Shown piece after piece: positions 8,746-18,762 of a stretch of DNA of 64,000 nucleotides. Made by a program: the position numbers and the translations under genes. The notes beneath the pieces are model-generated. The model was not told the DNA's origin. It did no database searches and worked only from the letters and a program-made list of their open reading frames with translations. How positions within the stretch are numbered: position 1 is the first letter of the stretch; every line of letters begins with the position of its first letter. This DNA is from Spirochaetia bacterium (GTDB taxonomy: Bacteria > Spirochaetota > Spirochaetia > UBA9216), in contig OY776510.1 in NCBI GenBank assembly GCA_963675665.1, positions 222,584 through 286,583 on the forward strand, written 5' to 3'.

Positions 8746-9054
8746 TTGTACCAGTTGATTTTCTTTGTACCGGAAACACATCTTGAAACCGTTAAAGATG
8801 CTGTTTTCAGGGCGGGTGCCGGCAGATACAACAATTACGATAACTGCTGCTGGCAATCTCAGGGCACAGGCCAGTTCAGACCGCTTGAAAACAGCAATGC
8901 CTATATAGGCGAAAAAGGAAAGCTTGAAAAAGTTCCGGAATACCGTGTTGAAATGCTCTGTGCGGATGAATATATTGACAGGGCCGTCTCGGCGCTGAAA
9001 AACGTGCATCCTTATGAAGAGCCGGCTTATTACGCTGTCAGGACTTATATTTGA
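8746..9054 (+). CDS. YqfO-type stand-alone PII-like domain protein (the insert domain of long Nif3 proteins)
   Basis: 102 aa with a TTG start and AAAGGAG 7 nt upstream. IFFVPETHLETVKDAVFRAGAG...CCWQSQGTGQFRP...HPYEEPAY matches my recollection of the ~100-aa YqfO family. Confidence 0.65.
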   Translation: MYQLIFFVPETHLETVKDAVFRAGAGRYNNYDNCCWQSQGTGQFRPLENSNAYIGEKGKLEKVPEYRVEMLCADEYIDRAVSALKNVHPYEEPAYYAVRTYI

Positions 9055-9115
9055 TATTCTTTCATATAATCCAAACGCGGGGTTGCTTACCAGGCTCTTC
9101 ATTAGAGCGGCTGTT

Positions 9116-9409
9116 TTAATCAGGCTGAGTGGCTTTTTCAAATGCGGCAATAAGCCTCATTGCTTCTTCATTGCTGTTACCGCAGAATTCGGGCGTCGGT
9201 GTAAAATTGCGGCAGGCTTGCGGGTAATCAGGCCGGCCCCAGATTCGGCACCTGTTGTTCCCGTCAAGATTGACGCACCGTACTCCTCCGGGTTTCCCCT
9301 CCGGCATTCCCGGGATTGATTCGGCAATTGACGCTTCAATACAGCATGCTCCGCATCCGATTCTGCATTCCATGCCGGCTATAATAATATTAAATCCATT
9401 CGTAATCAA
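9116..9409 (-). CDS. YkgJ-family (UPF0153) cysteine-cluster protein
   Basis: 97 aa with CRIGCGACC near the N-terminus and further Cys residues (CVNLDGNNRC, C..F.P..C). Confidence 0.6.
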   Translation of the reverse strand: MITNGFNIIIAGMECRIGCGACCIEASIAESIPGMPEGKPGGVRCVNLDGNNRCRIWGRPDYPQACRNFTPTPEFCGNSNEEAMRLIAAFEKATQPD

Positions 9410-9493
9410 TTATTATTATCTATAAAAAAAGGGCAGAAACTGTTGTAAAAATTGTATTTTTAAACCAAATTCTATTGCAATATTTCCTCCATC

Positions 9494-9524
9494 TATGTAT
9501 ATTTATGCAATCTTTTAGTATAAT
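9494..9524 (+). promoter_or_regulatory. Candidate ARG box overlapping the arg operon promoter
   Basis: TATGTATATTTATGCAAT (9494-9511) matches 16/18 positions of the TNTGAATWWWWATTCANW ARG-box consensus. TATAAT lies at 9519-9524, 36 nt before the argR ATG. Confidence 0.45.
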
Positions 9525-9559
9525 TATACGGCAGGCGAATAGTGTACAGGGCAGAGCGG

Positions 9560-10000
9560 ATGGAAACCGTCAAGCGGATAATCCGGGAACAAAGAATAAG
9601 CAGCCAGGAACAGCTGTTAACCGAACTTCAGAAAGAAGGATTCGAAGTTACGCAGGCAACCTTATCACGCGATCTGAAACAGTTGAAGGTGGCGAAAGTG
9701 AGCGACGGTGCCGACGGATACATGTACAGTGTTCCCGGATTTAATAAACCGAGAAACCCGGGAACTGTATCTTCCGTATATATAGAAGATCTTAAACGCG
9801 GATTCATATCAATCGCTTTTTCCGGAAACATGTGTATGATTTCCACTATTGTCGGTCATGCCAATTCGGTGGCCTCAGCTATTGACAACATGGAAATTCC
9901 GGGAATACTCGGAACTGTCGCGGGTGACGATACAATATTTGTACTGATGTCCGAAGGGGCAGATAAAAACGAAATAGATAATTTTTTCAGGGGTATTTAA
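9560..10000 (+). CDS. argR: Arginine repressor ArgR
   Basis: METVKRIIREQRISSQEQLLTELQKEGFEVTQATLSRDLKQLKV is the ArgR winged-helix, and the C-terminus has GTVAGDDT. I prefer ATG 9560 to the track's GTG 9542. Confidence 0.85.
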   Translation: METVKRIIREQRISSQEQLLTELQKEGFEVTQATLSRDLKQLKVAKVSDGADGYMYSVPGFNKPRNPGTVSSVYIEDLKRGFISIAFSGNMCMISTIVGHANSVASAIDNMEIPGILGTVAGDDTIFVLMSEGADKNEIDNFFRGI

Positions 10001-11067
10001 TGAAAGCAGCTATACTTGGAGCAACCGGATATACGGGGATGATTCTTCTAAGAATCCTTGCAGATCATCCTGAAATCAGTGAAATCATCGCAGTTTCATC
10101 ATCGCGCGCCGGAAACAGCATTAAGGAAACGGATCCCGGTGTTTATACGGCTGTCGAATCCAAAATGCAATCAACCGGCGCAAAACTGGTCGGCATTGAT
10201 GAGGCAGCCGCAGCCAAACCGGATGTAACATTCGCAGCACTCCCCCACCTTGAATCGGCAAGAATATGCAAACCCTTTTTTAATAATTCAGTAGTAATAG
10301 ATCTGTCGGCTGATTTCCGGATCAAGGATCCTGTAATCTTTGAGAAGGCCTACGGCCAGCCTCCGGAGCGGCAGGATCTGCTTGATAAGGCAGTTTACGG
10401 TCTGTGTGAAGTGTACCGGGATGAAATCAAAGCTGCCGATCTGATTTCCAACCCGGGCTGTTACCCGACAGCAACGCTTCTGCCTCTGGTTCCGGTAATT
10501 AAAACCTTCGGAATCGACGGGAAAATAATAACGAATTCAATGTCGGGAGTCTCCGGCGCAGGCAAAAAAGCCGTCTTCAACAACCTTTTTGTAGAGCGGA
10601 CTGAAAACTGCGGCGCATACGCTCCCGGTAAAAGCCATCGTCACCAGCCTGAAATAAAGAAGGAACTTGATGCCGCGCTTTCAGCTGTCGGAAAAGCAGC
10701 TGACGCTGATTTGTTTTTTACACCGCACCTGGTACCTCTGAAACGCGGTATGGAAATAACAACAATCATCGACATTCCCGAAAATTCAGCAGCACAGCTT
10801 TCAAACGAAAGCATAAATGCTCTTTACTCAGAATACTACGGAAATTCTCCTTTTATCTCCTGGGACGCATCAAGGCTGCCCCAGACCAGAGACGTCTGGG
10901 GGTCCAATTCCTGCCGAATCGGCTGGAAAATCGAAGGCCGAAGCCTGATGCTGTTTTCCGTAATAGACAACCTCGTCAAGGGAGCCTCGGGCCAGGCCGT
11001 TCAAAACATGAACATCCGGTTCGGGTTTAACGAAACAGCCGGCTTGCGGGTTTACGGAGAACTGTAA
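10000..11067 (+). CDS. argC: N-acetyl-gamma-glutamyl-phosphate reductase
   Basis: 355 aa with ILGATGYTG and the catalytic SNPGCYPTA motif. The start shares one base with the last base of the argR stop codon (10000). Confidence 0.9.
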   Translation: MKAAILGATGYTGMILLRILADHPEISEIIAVSSSRAGNSIKETDPGVYTAVESKMQSTGAKLVGIDEAAAAKPDVTFAALPHLESARICKPFFNNSVVIDLSADFRIKDPVIFEKAYGQPPERQDLLDKAVYGLCEVYRDEIKAADLISNPGCYPTATLLPLVPVIKTFGIDGKIITNSMSGVSGAGKKAVFNNLFVERTENCGAYAPGKSHRHQPEIKKELDAALSAVGKAADADLFFTPHLVPLKRGMEITTIIDIPENSAAQLSNESINALYSEYYGNSPFISWDASRLPQTRDVWGSNSCRIGWKIEGRSLMLFSVIDNLVKGASGQAVQNMNIRFGFNETAGLRVYGEL

Positions 11068-11068
11068 G

Positions 11069-11836
11069 ATGAAAAAAGTCCTGATAAAGATCGGCGGACG
11101 TGCCGCATCGGATGAAGCGGCGCTTTCGGCGCTCGCGGAAGAGATGGCGGAACTTCAGAACGAATACAGTTTCTTTTTTGTTCACGGAGGCGGCGCCGAA
11201 GTAACAAGGATATCAGCTGTTTTCGGCCTGGAAGCTGTTTTTGAAAACGGGGTACGCAAGACAAGTCCCGAAGAAATGGACGTTGTCGATATGGTTCTCG
11301 GCGGAAAGATGAACAAATACATAGTTCGGCTTTTTGCTTTATCCGGCCTGAAAAGCGTTGGAATAAGCGGTGCCGACGGAAGTGTTTTTACAGGCGAAGC
11401 GGTTGCGGAAAACAGCAGAACCGGCCGGGTAACAGCGGCAGACCCGTCTTTGCTGTTAACGCTTGCAGACAGCGGATATCTTCCGGTCATTTCATCGGTT
11501 TCAATGGACGACAACGGAACGGCGCTCAATATTAACGCGGACGAAGCAGCCCTTGCAGTTGCAGAATCAATTCCGGCGGACAGTCTGGTATTTATTTCAG
11601 ACATACCCGGAATTCTAAAAGATAACGATATAATACATGAACTTACGCCTGCCGGAATCGGGCGGAATATTGATGCCGGGGTCATCACGGGCGGCATGAT
11701 TCCCAAAGTGGAATCATCCGTCGAAGCATTAAGAAAAGGCGTCGATACGGTAATAATCGGCGGATATAATAAAAAAGGCGACCTGGCAAAACTTCTTGTC
11801 GGAAGCCTTGGAACAAGGATACATAATGGAACATAA
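11069..11836 (+). CDS. argB: Acetylglutamate kinase
   Basis: 255 aa. LIKIGGRA and FVHGGGAEV are amino-acid-kinase family motifs. It begins 1 nt after argC. Confidence 0.9.
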   Translation: MKKVLIKIGGRAASDEAALSALAEEMAELQNEYSFFFVHGGGAEVTRISAVFGLEAVFENGVRKTSPEEMDVVDMVLGGKMNKYIVRLFALSGLKSVGISGADGSVFTGEAVAENSRTGRVTAADPSLLLTLADSGYLPVISSVSMDDNGTALNINADEAALAVAESIPADSLVFISDIPGILKDNDIIHELTPAGIGRNIDAGVITGGMIPKVESSVEALRKGVDTVIIGGYNKKGDLAKLLVGSLGTRIHNGT

Positions 11837-13055
11837 AAAGGAATACGAAATAACGACGGAAACATATGACGTTCCGTTTCCAAATAACTACGGGGTACCG
11901 TTTCACATATTTGAATACGGCGAACGCTGCTACGTCTTTGACAAGGCGGGGAAAAAATACCTCGACTTCGGCAGCGGAATCGCTGTAAACGCGCTTGGTC
12001 ACGGCAGGGAAGATCTTGCCGCAACAGCGTTTAACCAGATGAAGAAACTGATACATGTTTCGAACCTCTATACTACCGAGGCCAGCCTCGAGCTCGGATT
12101 TAAACTTACTTCGAGCGGTAATTTCGATGCTGTTCATTTCGGCAACAGCGGCTCAGAAGCCAATGAAGCGGCCATTAAATACGCGCGGCTCTACTCAAAA
12201 CGTATAAAAGGCGACGGTAAATACAAAATACTTGCATTCAGCAATGCTTTTCACGGCAGAACACTCGGAGCATTGAGCTGTACACCCACGGCGAAATACC
12301 AGGATCCCTTTGCCCCGCTGCTTCCGGGAGTTGAATTCTGCAGCTTTAATGACGAATCAGAACTTGAAGTAAAACTCACTGAAGATTTTGCCGCGGTCAT
12401 TGTTGAACCGGTTCAGGGTGAGGGAGGACTTGATGTCATGTCCGAAGGCTTTGCAGACAGGCTTAACAGGCTCTGCAGAAAACTTGATGTGATTCTGATA
12501 GCGGACGAAGTCCAGACCGGTATTGCAAGAACGGGCTTTCCCTACGCGTCATCCGTGGTAGGTCTTGAACCGGACATTATAACCCTTGCGAAACCGCTTG
12601 CCGGCGGTCTGCCTCTTTCCGCAACACTGATTCCGGAAAAAATCAACAAGCTGATTCACATTGGTGAGCACGGAACAACATTCGGGGGCGGCCCCGTTAC
12701 CTGCGCGGTAGCCAACAAGGTTCTCGACATCATCTTCACCCCTGACTTTCTTGCCGGCGTACAGGCCGGGGGAGAATACCTGAAAAAGGGGCTTGAAAAA
12801 CTGTCGGAAAAACATCAGTGCGCAGGCGCCGTAAAGGGCCTGGGAATGCTGCGCGGACTTGAAATAGGAAAAGCCGACGACGAAGGGATAAAACTGTGCG
12901 GCGACATTATTTCAAAGGCGAAAGAGAATGGACTTTTGTTGCTGCGTTCAGGTAAAAACATACTCAGAATTGCGCCGCCTCTTGTTATTTCCGAAAATGA
13001 AATGGATAAGGGATTTGAGATTTTAGATAAAATATTAACGGAAATAAAATTATAA
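11826..13055 (+). CDS. argD: Acetylornithine aminotransferase (class III PLP)
   Basis: Contains FSNAFHGRTLGALS and DEVQTGIARTG motifs. I prefer ATG 11826 (MEHKKE), an 11-nt overlap with argB, to the track start at 11796. Confidence 0.85.
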   Translation: MEHKKEYEITTETYDVPFPNNYGVPFHIFEYGERCYVFDKAGKKYLDFGSGIAVNALGHGREDLAATAFNQMKKLIHVSNLYTTEASLELGFKLTSSGNFDAVHFGNSGSEANEAAIKYARLYSKRIKGDGKYKILAFSNAFHGRTLGALSCTPTAKYQDPFAPLLPGVEFCSFNDESELEVKLTEDFAAVIVEPVQGEGGLDVMSEGFADRLNRLCRKLDVILIADEVQTGIARTGFPYASSVVGLEPDIITLAKPLAGGLPLSATLIPEKINKLIHIGEHGTTFGGGPVTCAVANKVLDIIFTPDFLAGVQAGGEYLKKGLEKLSEKHQCAGAVKGLGMLRGLEIGKADDEGIKLCGDIISKAKENGLLLLRSGKNILRIAPPLVISENEMDKGFEILDKILTEIKL

Positions 13056-13119
13056 GATAAACTGCCCGCAAACCTTCGGCGCTGCTTCGCAGCCCGTGGC
13101 GGGCGTACAGGAGAAAAAA

Positions 13120-14394
13120 ATGGCTGATAAAAAAATTAAAAAAATTGTTCTTGCCTATTCAGGCGGACTCGATACTTCGATCATTATCCCGTGGCTGAAA
13201 GAAAACTATAACGATGCCGAAATCATCGGCTGCTGTACAAATGTGGGCCAGGATGAAGACTGGGACGGAATGGAAGCGAAAGCCCTTAAATCAGGGGCCA
13301 GCAAACTCTATATCAAAGATATAAAGGATGAATTTGCTCACGACTTTCTCTTCAAAATCATTCGTGCCGGCGCAGTATATGAAGGGAAATATCTTCTCGG
13401 AACATCAATTGCCCGGCCCCTTCAGGCCAAACATATTGCCGAGGTAGCGCTCGCTGAAGGCGCCGACGCAATCTGCCACGGCTGTACCGGAAAGGGCAAC
13501 GATCAGGTAAGGTTCGAACTAACATTCAAGGCCCTTGCCCCGCACCTTAAGGTAATAGCGCCATGGAGAATATGGGACATCAGGAGCAGGGAGCAGGCCA
13601 TAGATTACGCCAAAGCGCATAATGTTCCGATCGGAAATATCAGCAAAAAAAATATTTATTCACGCGACTGGAACATCTGGCATATGAGCCATGAAGGCGG
13701 AGATCTTGAAGATCCGTGGAACAGACCCAAGGAAGAAATGTTTCAGCTTACAAAATCTCCCAACGCTGCACCTGATGCTGAAACCGAGATTGTAATAGAT
13801 TTTGAAAAATCTTTTCCGGTTGCTCTCAACGGCAAAAAAATGAAGGGGATGGAAATCCTTGCCGAACTGAACAAACTGGGCGCTGAAAACGGGATTGGCC
13901 GTGCCGATCTTGTCGAAACAAGGGTTGTCGGAATGAAAAGCCGCGGTGTTTATGAAACTCCGGCAGGCGAGATACTTTACAAGGCTGTACGCGAACTTGA
14001 AATGCTTACGATGGATTATGATACGCTCAGCATGAAGGACAGCCTGAGCCTGAAATATGCCGATCTTGTATACTGCGGAAAATGGTATACGCCGGTCAGA
14101 GAAGCACTGGATTCATATATGGAAAAAGCAGCCGAGTATACAACCGGTTCGGTCCGGCTTGTTCTGTATAAGGGCAATGTAATTATTTCCGGGCGTAAGT
14201 CACCCTACTCAATCTATATAGAAGACCTTGCCTCATTCGGAGAAAGCGCCTACGATCATCATGATGCAACAGGATTTATTAACCTTTACGGACTTTCAAC
14301 CGGGGTGACCGCAATGGTGCATAAAGGCATTAATGCCCACGGCGGCCAGGCAGACGAAATCAAAGCGACTGCGGCGACCTACCATGACAAGTGA
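13120..14394 (+). CDS. argG: Argininosuccinate synthase
   Basis: IVLAYSGGLDTS is the PP-loop motif. ATG 13120 is preceded by AGGAG, and the track's GTG 13096 is less likely. Confidence 0.9.
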   Translation: MADKKIKKIVLAYSGGLDTSIIIPWLKENYNDAEIIGCCTNVGQDEDWDGMEAKALKSGASKLYIKDIKDEFAHDFLFKIIRAGAVYEGKYLLGTSIARPLQAKHIAEVALAEGADAICHGCTGKGNDQVRFELTFKALAPHLKVIAPWRIWDIRSREQAIDYAKAHNVPIGNISKKNIYSRDWNIWHMSHEGGDLEDPWNRPKEEMFQLTKSPNAAPDAETEIVIDFEKSFPVALNGKKMKGMEILAELNKLGAENGIGRADLVETRVVGMKSRGVYETPAGEILYKAVRELEMLTMDYDTLSMKDSLSLKYADLVYCGKWYTPVREALDSYMEKAAEYTTGSVRLVLYKGNVIISGRKSPYSIYIEDLASFGESAYDHHDATGFINLYGLSTGVTAMVHKGINAHGGQADEIKATAATYHDK

Positions 14395-14854
14395 TTTTGA
14401 AATCAGGCGCGCAAACTCGGAAGATGTGGACAGCATTTATAATCTGACTTCATCAATGGCCGCCCAGGGGCTTATGCTTCCGAGAAGCAAATACAAGATT
14501 GTAACTTCACTGACATCTTTCTTTGTTGTTGTGGAAAAAATGAGCGGCAAGGTTATAGCAACAGGCTCGCTTGCCCCGCTCTGGACCGATCTCTGTGAAG
14601 TGTGCGCCCTGGCAGTACATCCGGTATGGCAGGGCAAAGGAATAGGCGCCGCGCTTGTAAAACATCTTATAGAAGAAGCCCGAAGGCTTAAAATACCCCA
14701 GGTCATAACCCTGACCTATCAGGTTAAATTCTTCGGTAAACTGGGTTTTACAGTTGTAGACAAGAATGAGTTTCCGAGAAAGCTCTGGCGTGAATGCCTT
14801 GAATGTCCCAAACTTGAAGCCTGCGATGAAACAGCAATGGTAATCGCGACTTAA
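14384..14854 (+). CDS. GNAT acetyltransferase, probable short-type N-acetylglutamate synthase
   Basis: 156 aa from ATG 14384, an 11-nt overlap with argG. It has the GNAT acetyl-CoA motif VHPVWQGKGIGAALV. Its position as the last gene of the arg operon supports the call. Confidence 0.6.
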   Translation: MTSDFEIRRANSEDVDSIYNLTSSMAAQGLMLPRSKYKIVTSLTSFFVVVEKMSGKVIATGSLAPLWTDLCEVCALAVHPVWQGKGIGAALVKHLIEEARRLKIPQVITLTYQVKFFGKLGFTVVDKNEFPRKLWRECLECPKLEACDETAMVIAT

Positions 14855-14892
14855 AAGTCGGCTTAACAGCCGGGAAAATCAGGCGGAGGAAA

Positions 14893-16557
14893 TCACCCTT
14901 TCGAAATAATTTCCTCCGCTTTTTTTAAAGCCCCTTCAATATCTGATTTTACATAATCCGCTTCCAGTACTCCGAGGTTAATAATCTTGGTTTTGACCGT
15001 TTCGGAGGCTCCCGACACCAGCAGCCTTATTCCCTTCCTTTCCAGTTCCCTGTTTATCTCATGCAGTCTGTTCAGCCCGGTTGAATCGAGAATTGGAACG
15101 TACCGCATTCGGAGAATAACGATACGGTGAGGACTGCTGAGGTGCTTCTCGATATTCAGGAGTTCCGCTACCGATCCGAAAAAGAGCGGTCCGTCCACTT
15201 CAAAAATAAGAATGCTGTCAGAAACAACGCCCAGTTCCTCGCTGAATATGGTTCCGTCACCGCGGCGGGTTGAAACAAGGGGCGTTATATTAACAGAATC
15301 CGACATCCTTTTCATAAAAAGCAGTATGGACAGTGAGAATCCTACAAGAATGGCAGTCGTAATATCCGCAAAAAGTGTAAGAAAAAAGGTTGCAAGAAGA
15401 ACCAGGACCTCATATATATTAATATTGAAAACACGTCTGAAGGCCTTCAGTTCGCTCATATTCCATGAGACAATTATCAGGATTCCCGAAAGCGCCGGAA
15501 TGGGAATGTACTTCACCAGGGGCATTGCCACAAGAAAAATAAACAACAGAACTAATGAATGCACCATACCGGCAACAGGGGTGCGCGCTCCGTTTTTCAC
15601 ATTTGCAGCCGTACGGGCTATGGCGCCCGTTGCCGGAAGTCCGCCGAAAAGCGGCGAGGCAATATTTGCCAGGCCCTGGGCAATAAGCTCTATATTCGGC
15701 CTGTGTCTGCTTCCTATCATGCCGTCGGCAACAACCGCAGACAGAAGCGATTCAAGTGCGCCGAGAAGGGCAATGGACAGGGCGGGTTTAAAAAGAAAGA
15801 TAACCCGTTCAAAACCAAGCTCCGGCAGAACTGCCGGCGGAAAAGAACCCGACAAACTGCCGAACCTGGAGGATATTGTATCAACAGGCAGTTTAAGAAA
15901 AAATACCAAAAGTGTTGTTATCAGTATTGCCGCCAAAGGTCCCGGAATTTTTCTGTTAATTCTCTGCAGAACCAGAATAACAGCAACCGACAACAGCCCG
16001 GTTAAGACTGCCCAGGGATTGACAGTATCAAAACTGCCCAGATAACTCAGCCATTTCCCGGCAAAATCGGCCGGTACATCGTTAATGGAAAGCCCCAGGA
16101 AATCCTTGACCTGGGTAGTAAAAATTATAATTGCTATTCCGGTAGTAAATCCGACAATAAGTGTTCTTGGAATGTACTTCAAAAGAGCTCCCAGTCTCAG
16201 CAGTCCCATAATTATCAGCATGACTCCGGCCATAAAAGTCGCCGTAAGAAGCCCGTCTGTTCCATATTTTTCAAGAATCCCGAATATAATTACTATAAAC
16301 GCGCCGGTCGGTCCGCCTATCTGGACCCTGCTTCCGCCCAGGGCTGAAATAATAAATCCTGCTATTACCGCGGTTATTATTCCCTTCTCAGGAGAAACCC
16401 CGGACGCAATTGCAAAAGCTATGGCAAGAGGAAGCGCAATTATTCCCACGACAACTCCGGAGACAATATCCTTTGAAAGCTGCTGAGGGCTTATTCCTTT
16501 TTTAATCCGGGTAAAAAGAACCGGCGTATATTCGGAGAAATCAATTTTCTGTTGCAT
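14893..16557 (-). CDS. SulP-family anion transporter with C-terminal STAS domain
   Basis: 554 aa, polytopic, with a typical SulP N-terminal region and a soluble C-terminal STAS-like region (VILRMRYVPILDSTG). Confidence 0.85.
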   Translation of the reverse strand: MQQKIDFSEYTPVLFTRIKKGISPQQLSKDIVSGVVVGIIALPLAIAFAIASGVSPEKGIITAVIAGFIISALGGSRVQIGGPTGAFIVIIFGILEKYGTDGLLTATFMAGVMLIIMGLLRLGALLKYIPRTLIVGFTTGIAIIIFTTQVKDFLGLSINDVPADFAGKWLSYLGSFDTVNPWAVLTGLLSVAVILVLQRINRKIPGPLAAILITTLLVFFLKLPVDTISSRFGSLSGSFPPAVLPELGFERVIFLFKPALSIALLGALESLLSAVVADGMIGSRHRPNIELIAQGLANIASPLFGGLPATGAIARTAANVKNGARTPVAGMVHSLVLLFIFLVAMPLVKYIPIPALSGILIIVSWNMSELKAFRRVFNINIYEVLVLLATFFLTLFADITTAILVGFSLSILLFMKRMSDSVNITPLVSTRRGDGTIFSEELGVVSDSILIFEVDGPLFFGSVAELLNIEKHLSSPHRIVILRMRYVPILDSTGLNRLHEINRELERKGIRLLVSGASETVKTKIINLGVLEADYVKSDIEGALKKAEEIISKG

Positions 16558-16735
16558 AAATACATCTATGCGGCTAAAAACCGATAAATGTCAAGATACT
16601 GCTTTAAATATAAGCGATTTGAAAAACCATCCGGGCCGGGTTTCCCTGATCTCCGGGACTTTTCCCTTAAAAATCTTTTAAAATTATTAGAATCATCTAC
16701 TTGATCTTTATTTTTAATCCCGACATTCTGATTCT

Positions 16736-18121
16736 ATGAGCGATGATATAAAAGTAAATGAAATTCCGGGTATGTTCGACGGCCCCATACGTCCGCTTCT
16801 TCTCAAACTGGCGGTTCCGATGTTCGCTGGCATGATTGTGCAGGTGGTTTACAACGTAACCGATACGTTCTGGGTAGCCAGAATAGACCTTGCCGATCCG
16901 TCATATATGGGCGGCACGGCTATCGTTTTCCCGCTGTTGTTTTTCTTTATGGCCCTTGGCAACGGTCTGACGGTCGGCGTCAGCTCACTGGTAGCCAGGG
17001 CAATCGGCGAAAAAAATATAAAGATTCTCAGCACAACAGCAGAATCAGGGATGTTGATCAGTTTCATTCTAACAATTCTTTCACTGGCTATTATTATTCC
17101 GTTTGCCCCCGGAATACTGGCAGCGCTCGGCGCCGAAGGAGATTATTACGTTCATGGTCTGGAATACCTGAGATACATAATTCTGGCCGGCCCGGTAATT
17201 TTCTTCTCAATGATCTTCATGGGAATCCTTCAGGGCGAAGGCCTGATGAAGTACGTAATGAATTCCATGATAATCGGCACTGTCCTGAATATTGTTCTTG
17301 ATCCCGTATTCATTTTCCTTTTGAATCTTGACGTACGGGGCGCGGCGATTGCTACAGTGATAGCCCAGGCGGTGGCAATGGTTTACGTGGTAAATGTTTT
17401 TATAAGAAATAAATCGTCGATTAAGATAAACTGGGATATATCAAACATAAAAGCCGGAACAATCAGGGACATCGCGGCAATCGGGCTGCCCCAGTCATTT
17501 GCAATGATAATAATGTCCATGAGCTTCTTCGTTTTCAACAAGATAGTTATTGAAATTGACGAGCTTGCGCTTACGGCTTTTGCCCTGTGCGGCCGCTTTG
17601 AGCAGCTGATGCTTATGCCCGCATTCGCTATAGGCGCCGCCATAGTCACTATTGTAGGACAGAACTCGGGCCGCGGCAATTTCGACCGTGTGCGCAGCGC
17701 CATGAAAGAAGCATGGCTGCTTGGTCTTGTTTCGGTAGGAATTCTGACCGGCCTCATGGTGGCCTTTGCCCCCTGGATTTTCAGCCCGTTTACAGATGTT
17801 GAAAAAGTTAAATGGTATGCCGTTATGCAGTACAGAGTCCTTGGAGTATCATATCTGACGGCCCTGATTGGAATCACCGGACGTTCTTTCTTTCAGGCCA
17901 TAGGCTATCCGCTGCCGGCGTTGTTTCTTACCCTGTTGCGACTCATTCTTGTAGCAATTCCGGTAATGCTGATTCTGATTCATGTTTTCAACCTCGGCAT
18001 ATGGGGAGTATGGTTCGGACTTGCCTCAGGCAGTATAGTATCAATGATCGTATCTATAATCTTTGTGAGGAGCTCCATTAACCGGCTTGAAAGCGGCAAG
18101 ATGAAAATGCATAAGGTTTAG
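16736..18121 (+). CDS. MATE-family efflux transporter
   Basis: 461 aa with about 12 TM segments and a MATE-like N-terminus (PMFAGMIVQVVYNVTDTFWV). Confidence 0.8.
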   Translation: MSDDIKVNEIPGMFDGPIRPLLLKLAVPMFAGMIVQVVYNVTDTFWVARIDLADPSYMGGTAIVFPLLFFFMALGNGLTVGVSSLVARAIGEKNIKILSTTAESGMLISFILTILSLAIIIPFAPGILAALGAEGDYYVHGLEYLRYIILAGPVIFFSMIFMGILQGEGLMKYVMNSMIIGTVLNIVLDPVFIFLLNLDVRGAAIATVIAQAVAMVYVVNVFIRNKSSIKINWDISNIKAGTIRDIAAIGLPQSFAMIIMSMSFFVFNKIVIEIDELALTAFALCGRFEQLMLMPAFAIGAAIVTIVGQNSGRGNFDRVRSAMKEAWLLGLVSVGILTGLMVAFAPWIFSPFTDVEKVKWYAVMQYRVLGVSYLTALIGITGRSFFQAIGYPLPALFLTLLRLILVAIPVMLILIHVFNLGIWGVWFGLASGSIVSMIVSIIFVRSSINRLESGKMKMHKV

Positions 18122-18720
18122 CTGAACATTCCGTATAGTTCATCAAGACTGACAACCTTGCTCCTGCCGAAGGAAAGAAGCTCCAATCCGAGCGCTTTTC
18201 TTTCAGGAGTAAAGGATGCTGTTGTTTCCCGCGGAATAATACAGTTGTAGTTAAGAGAAAACGCATAGCTGCAGGTTTCAAGCACACATACATCCGTTGC
18301 GGCTCCTGCAATTACAAGGTTTTTGATGTTTTGAGCCTTAAGAAGATCATCCAGCTCCGTATCAAAGAAAGCATTCCACCTGTTTTTTACTATCAGAGCT
18401 TCTCCTTCACGCGGGGCAAGCGGAGGAATAATTTCCGCATCGGCGGACCCTTTTATAAAATGGCCGTATTTCCTGACTTCAAAACGTTCAGCCAGCATTT
18501 GCCAGTCGCTGAAATCTTTTTCATACTCAGTCCTGATATTGACGACAAGCATGCCGTTGGCATTAAAAAAGTCCTTAAGCTTTACCATAGGTGTAACAAT
18601 ATCTTCCTGTTTTGAAACATCAACGTCCAGCATTTTTACAAGAGATCCGTCAGGAGCCCCGCCCCCGTACTGCATATCAACTACCAGTAATGCGGTTTCT
18701 TTTTTATTCAACATCTGCAA
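18118..18720 (-). CDS. Isochorismatase-family cysteine hydrolase
   Basis: 200 aa with ALLVVDMQ, KNRWNAFFDTELD and the catalytic-Cys context VIAGAATDVCVLET. Confidence 0.8.
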   Translation of the reverse strand: MQMLNKKETALLVVDMQYGGGAPDGSLVKMLDVDVSKQEDIVTPMVKLKDFFNANGMLVVNIRTEYEKDFSDWQMLAERFEVRKYGHFIKGSADAEIIPPLAPREGEALIVKNRWNAFFDTELDDLLKAQNIKNLVIAGAATDVCVLETCSYAFSLNYNCIIPRETTASFTPERKALGLELLSFGRSKVVSLDELYGMFS

Positions 18721-18762
18721 CTACTCCTTGTTATATCAGGGAATCTCTAAAAACTGCAGTTT

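Noticed and set aside
8710-9150. 146-aa minus-strand ORF covering the yqfO-like gene
   Set aside because: The plus-strand product matches a recognisable family and has an RBS. The minus-strand product has no motif.
11182-12137. Long minus-strand ORFs (280 aa and 150 aa) antisense to argB/argD
   Set aside because: They lie fully inside well-supported arg genes. Their composition is Ser/Pro/Arg-rich, typical of antisense frames, and they have no RBS or motif.
15212-16486. Plus-strand ORFs (277, 148 and 133 aa) antisense to the SulP transporter
   Set aside because: Same reasoning: these are shadow frames of a polytopic membrane protein gene.
16558-16735. Riboswitch (for example a guanidine/ykkC class) upstream of the MATE or SulP transporters
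   Set aside because: I read both strands and saw no ACGR-loop hairpin pairs or a conserved ykkC-like core. Only weak, short GC stems are present.
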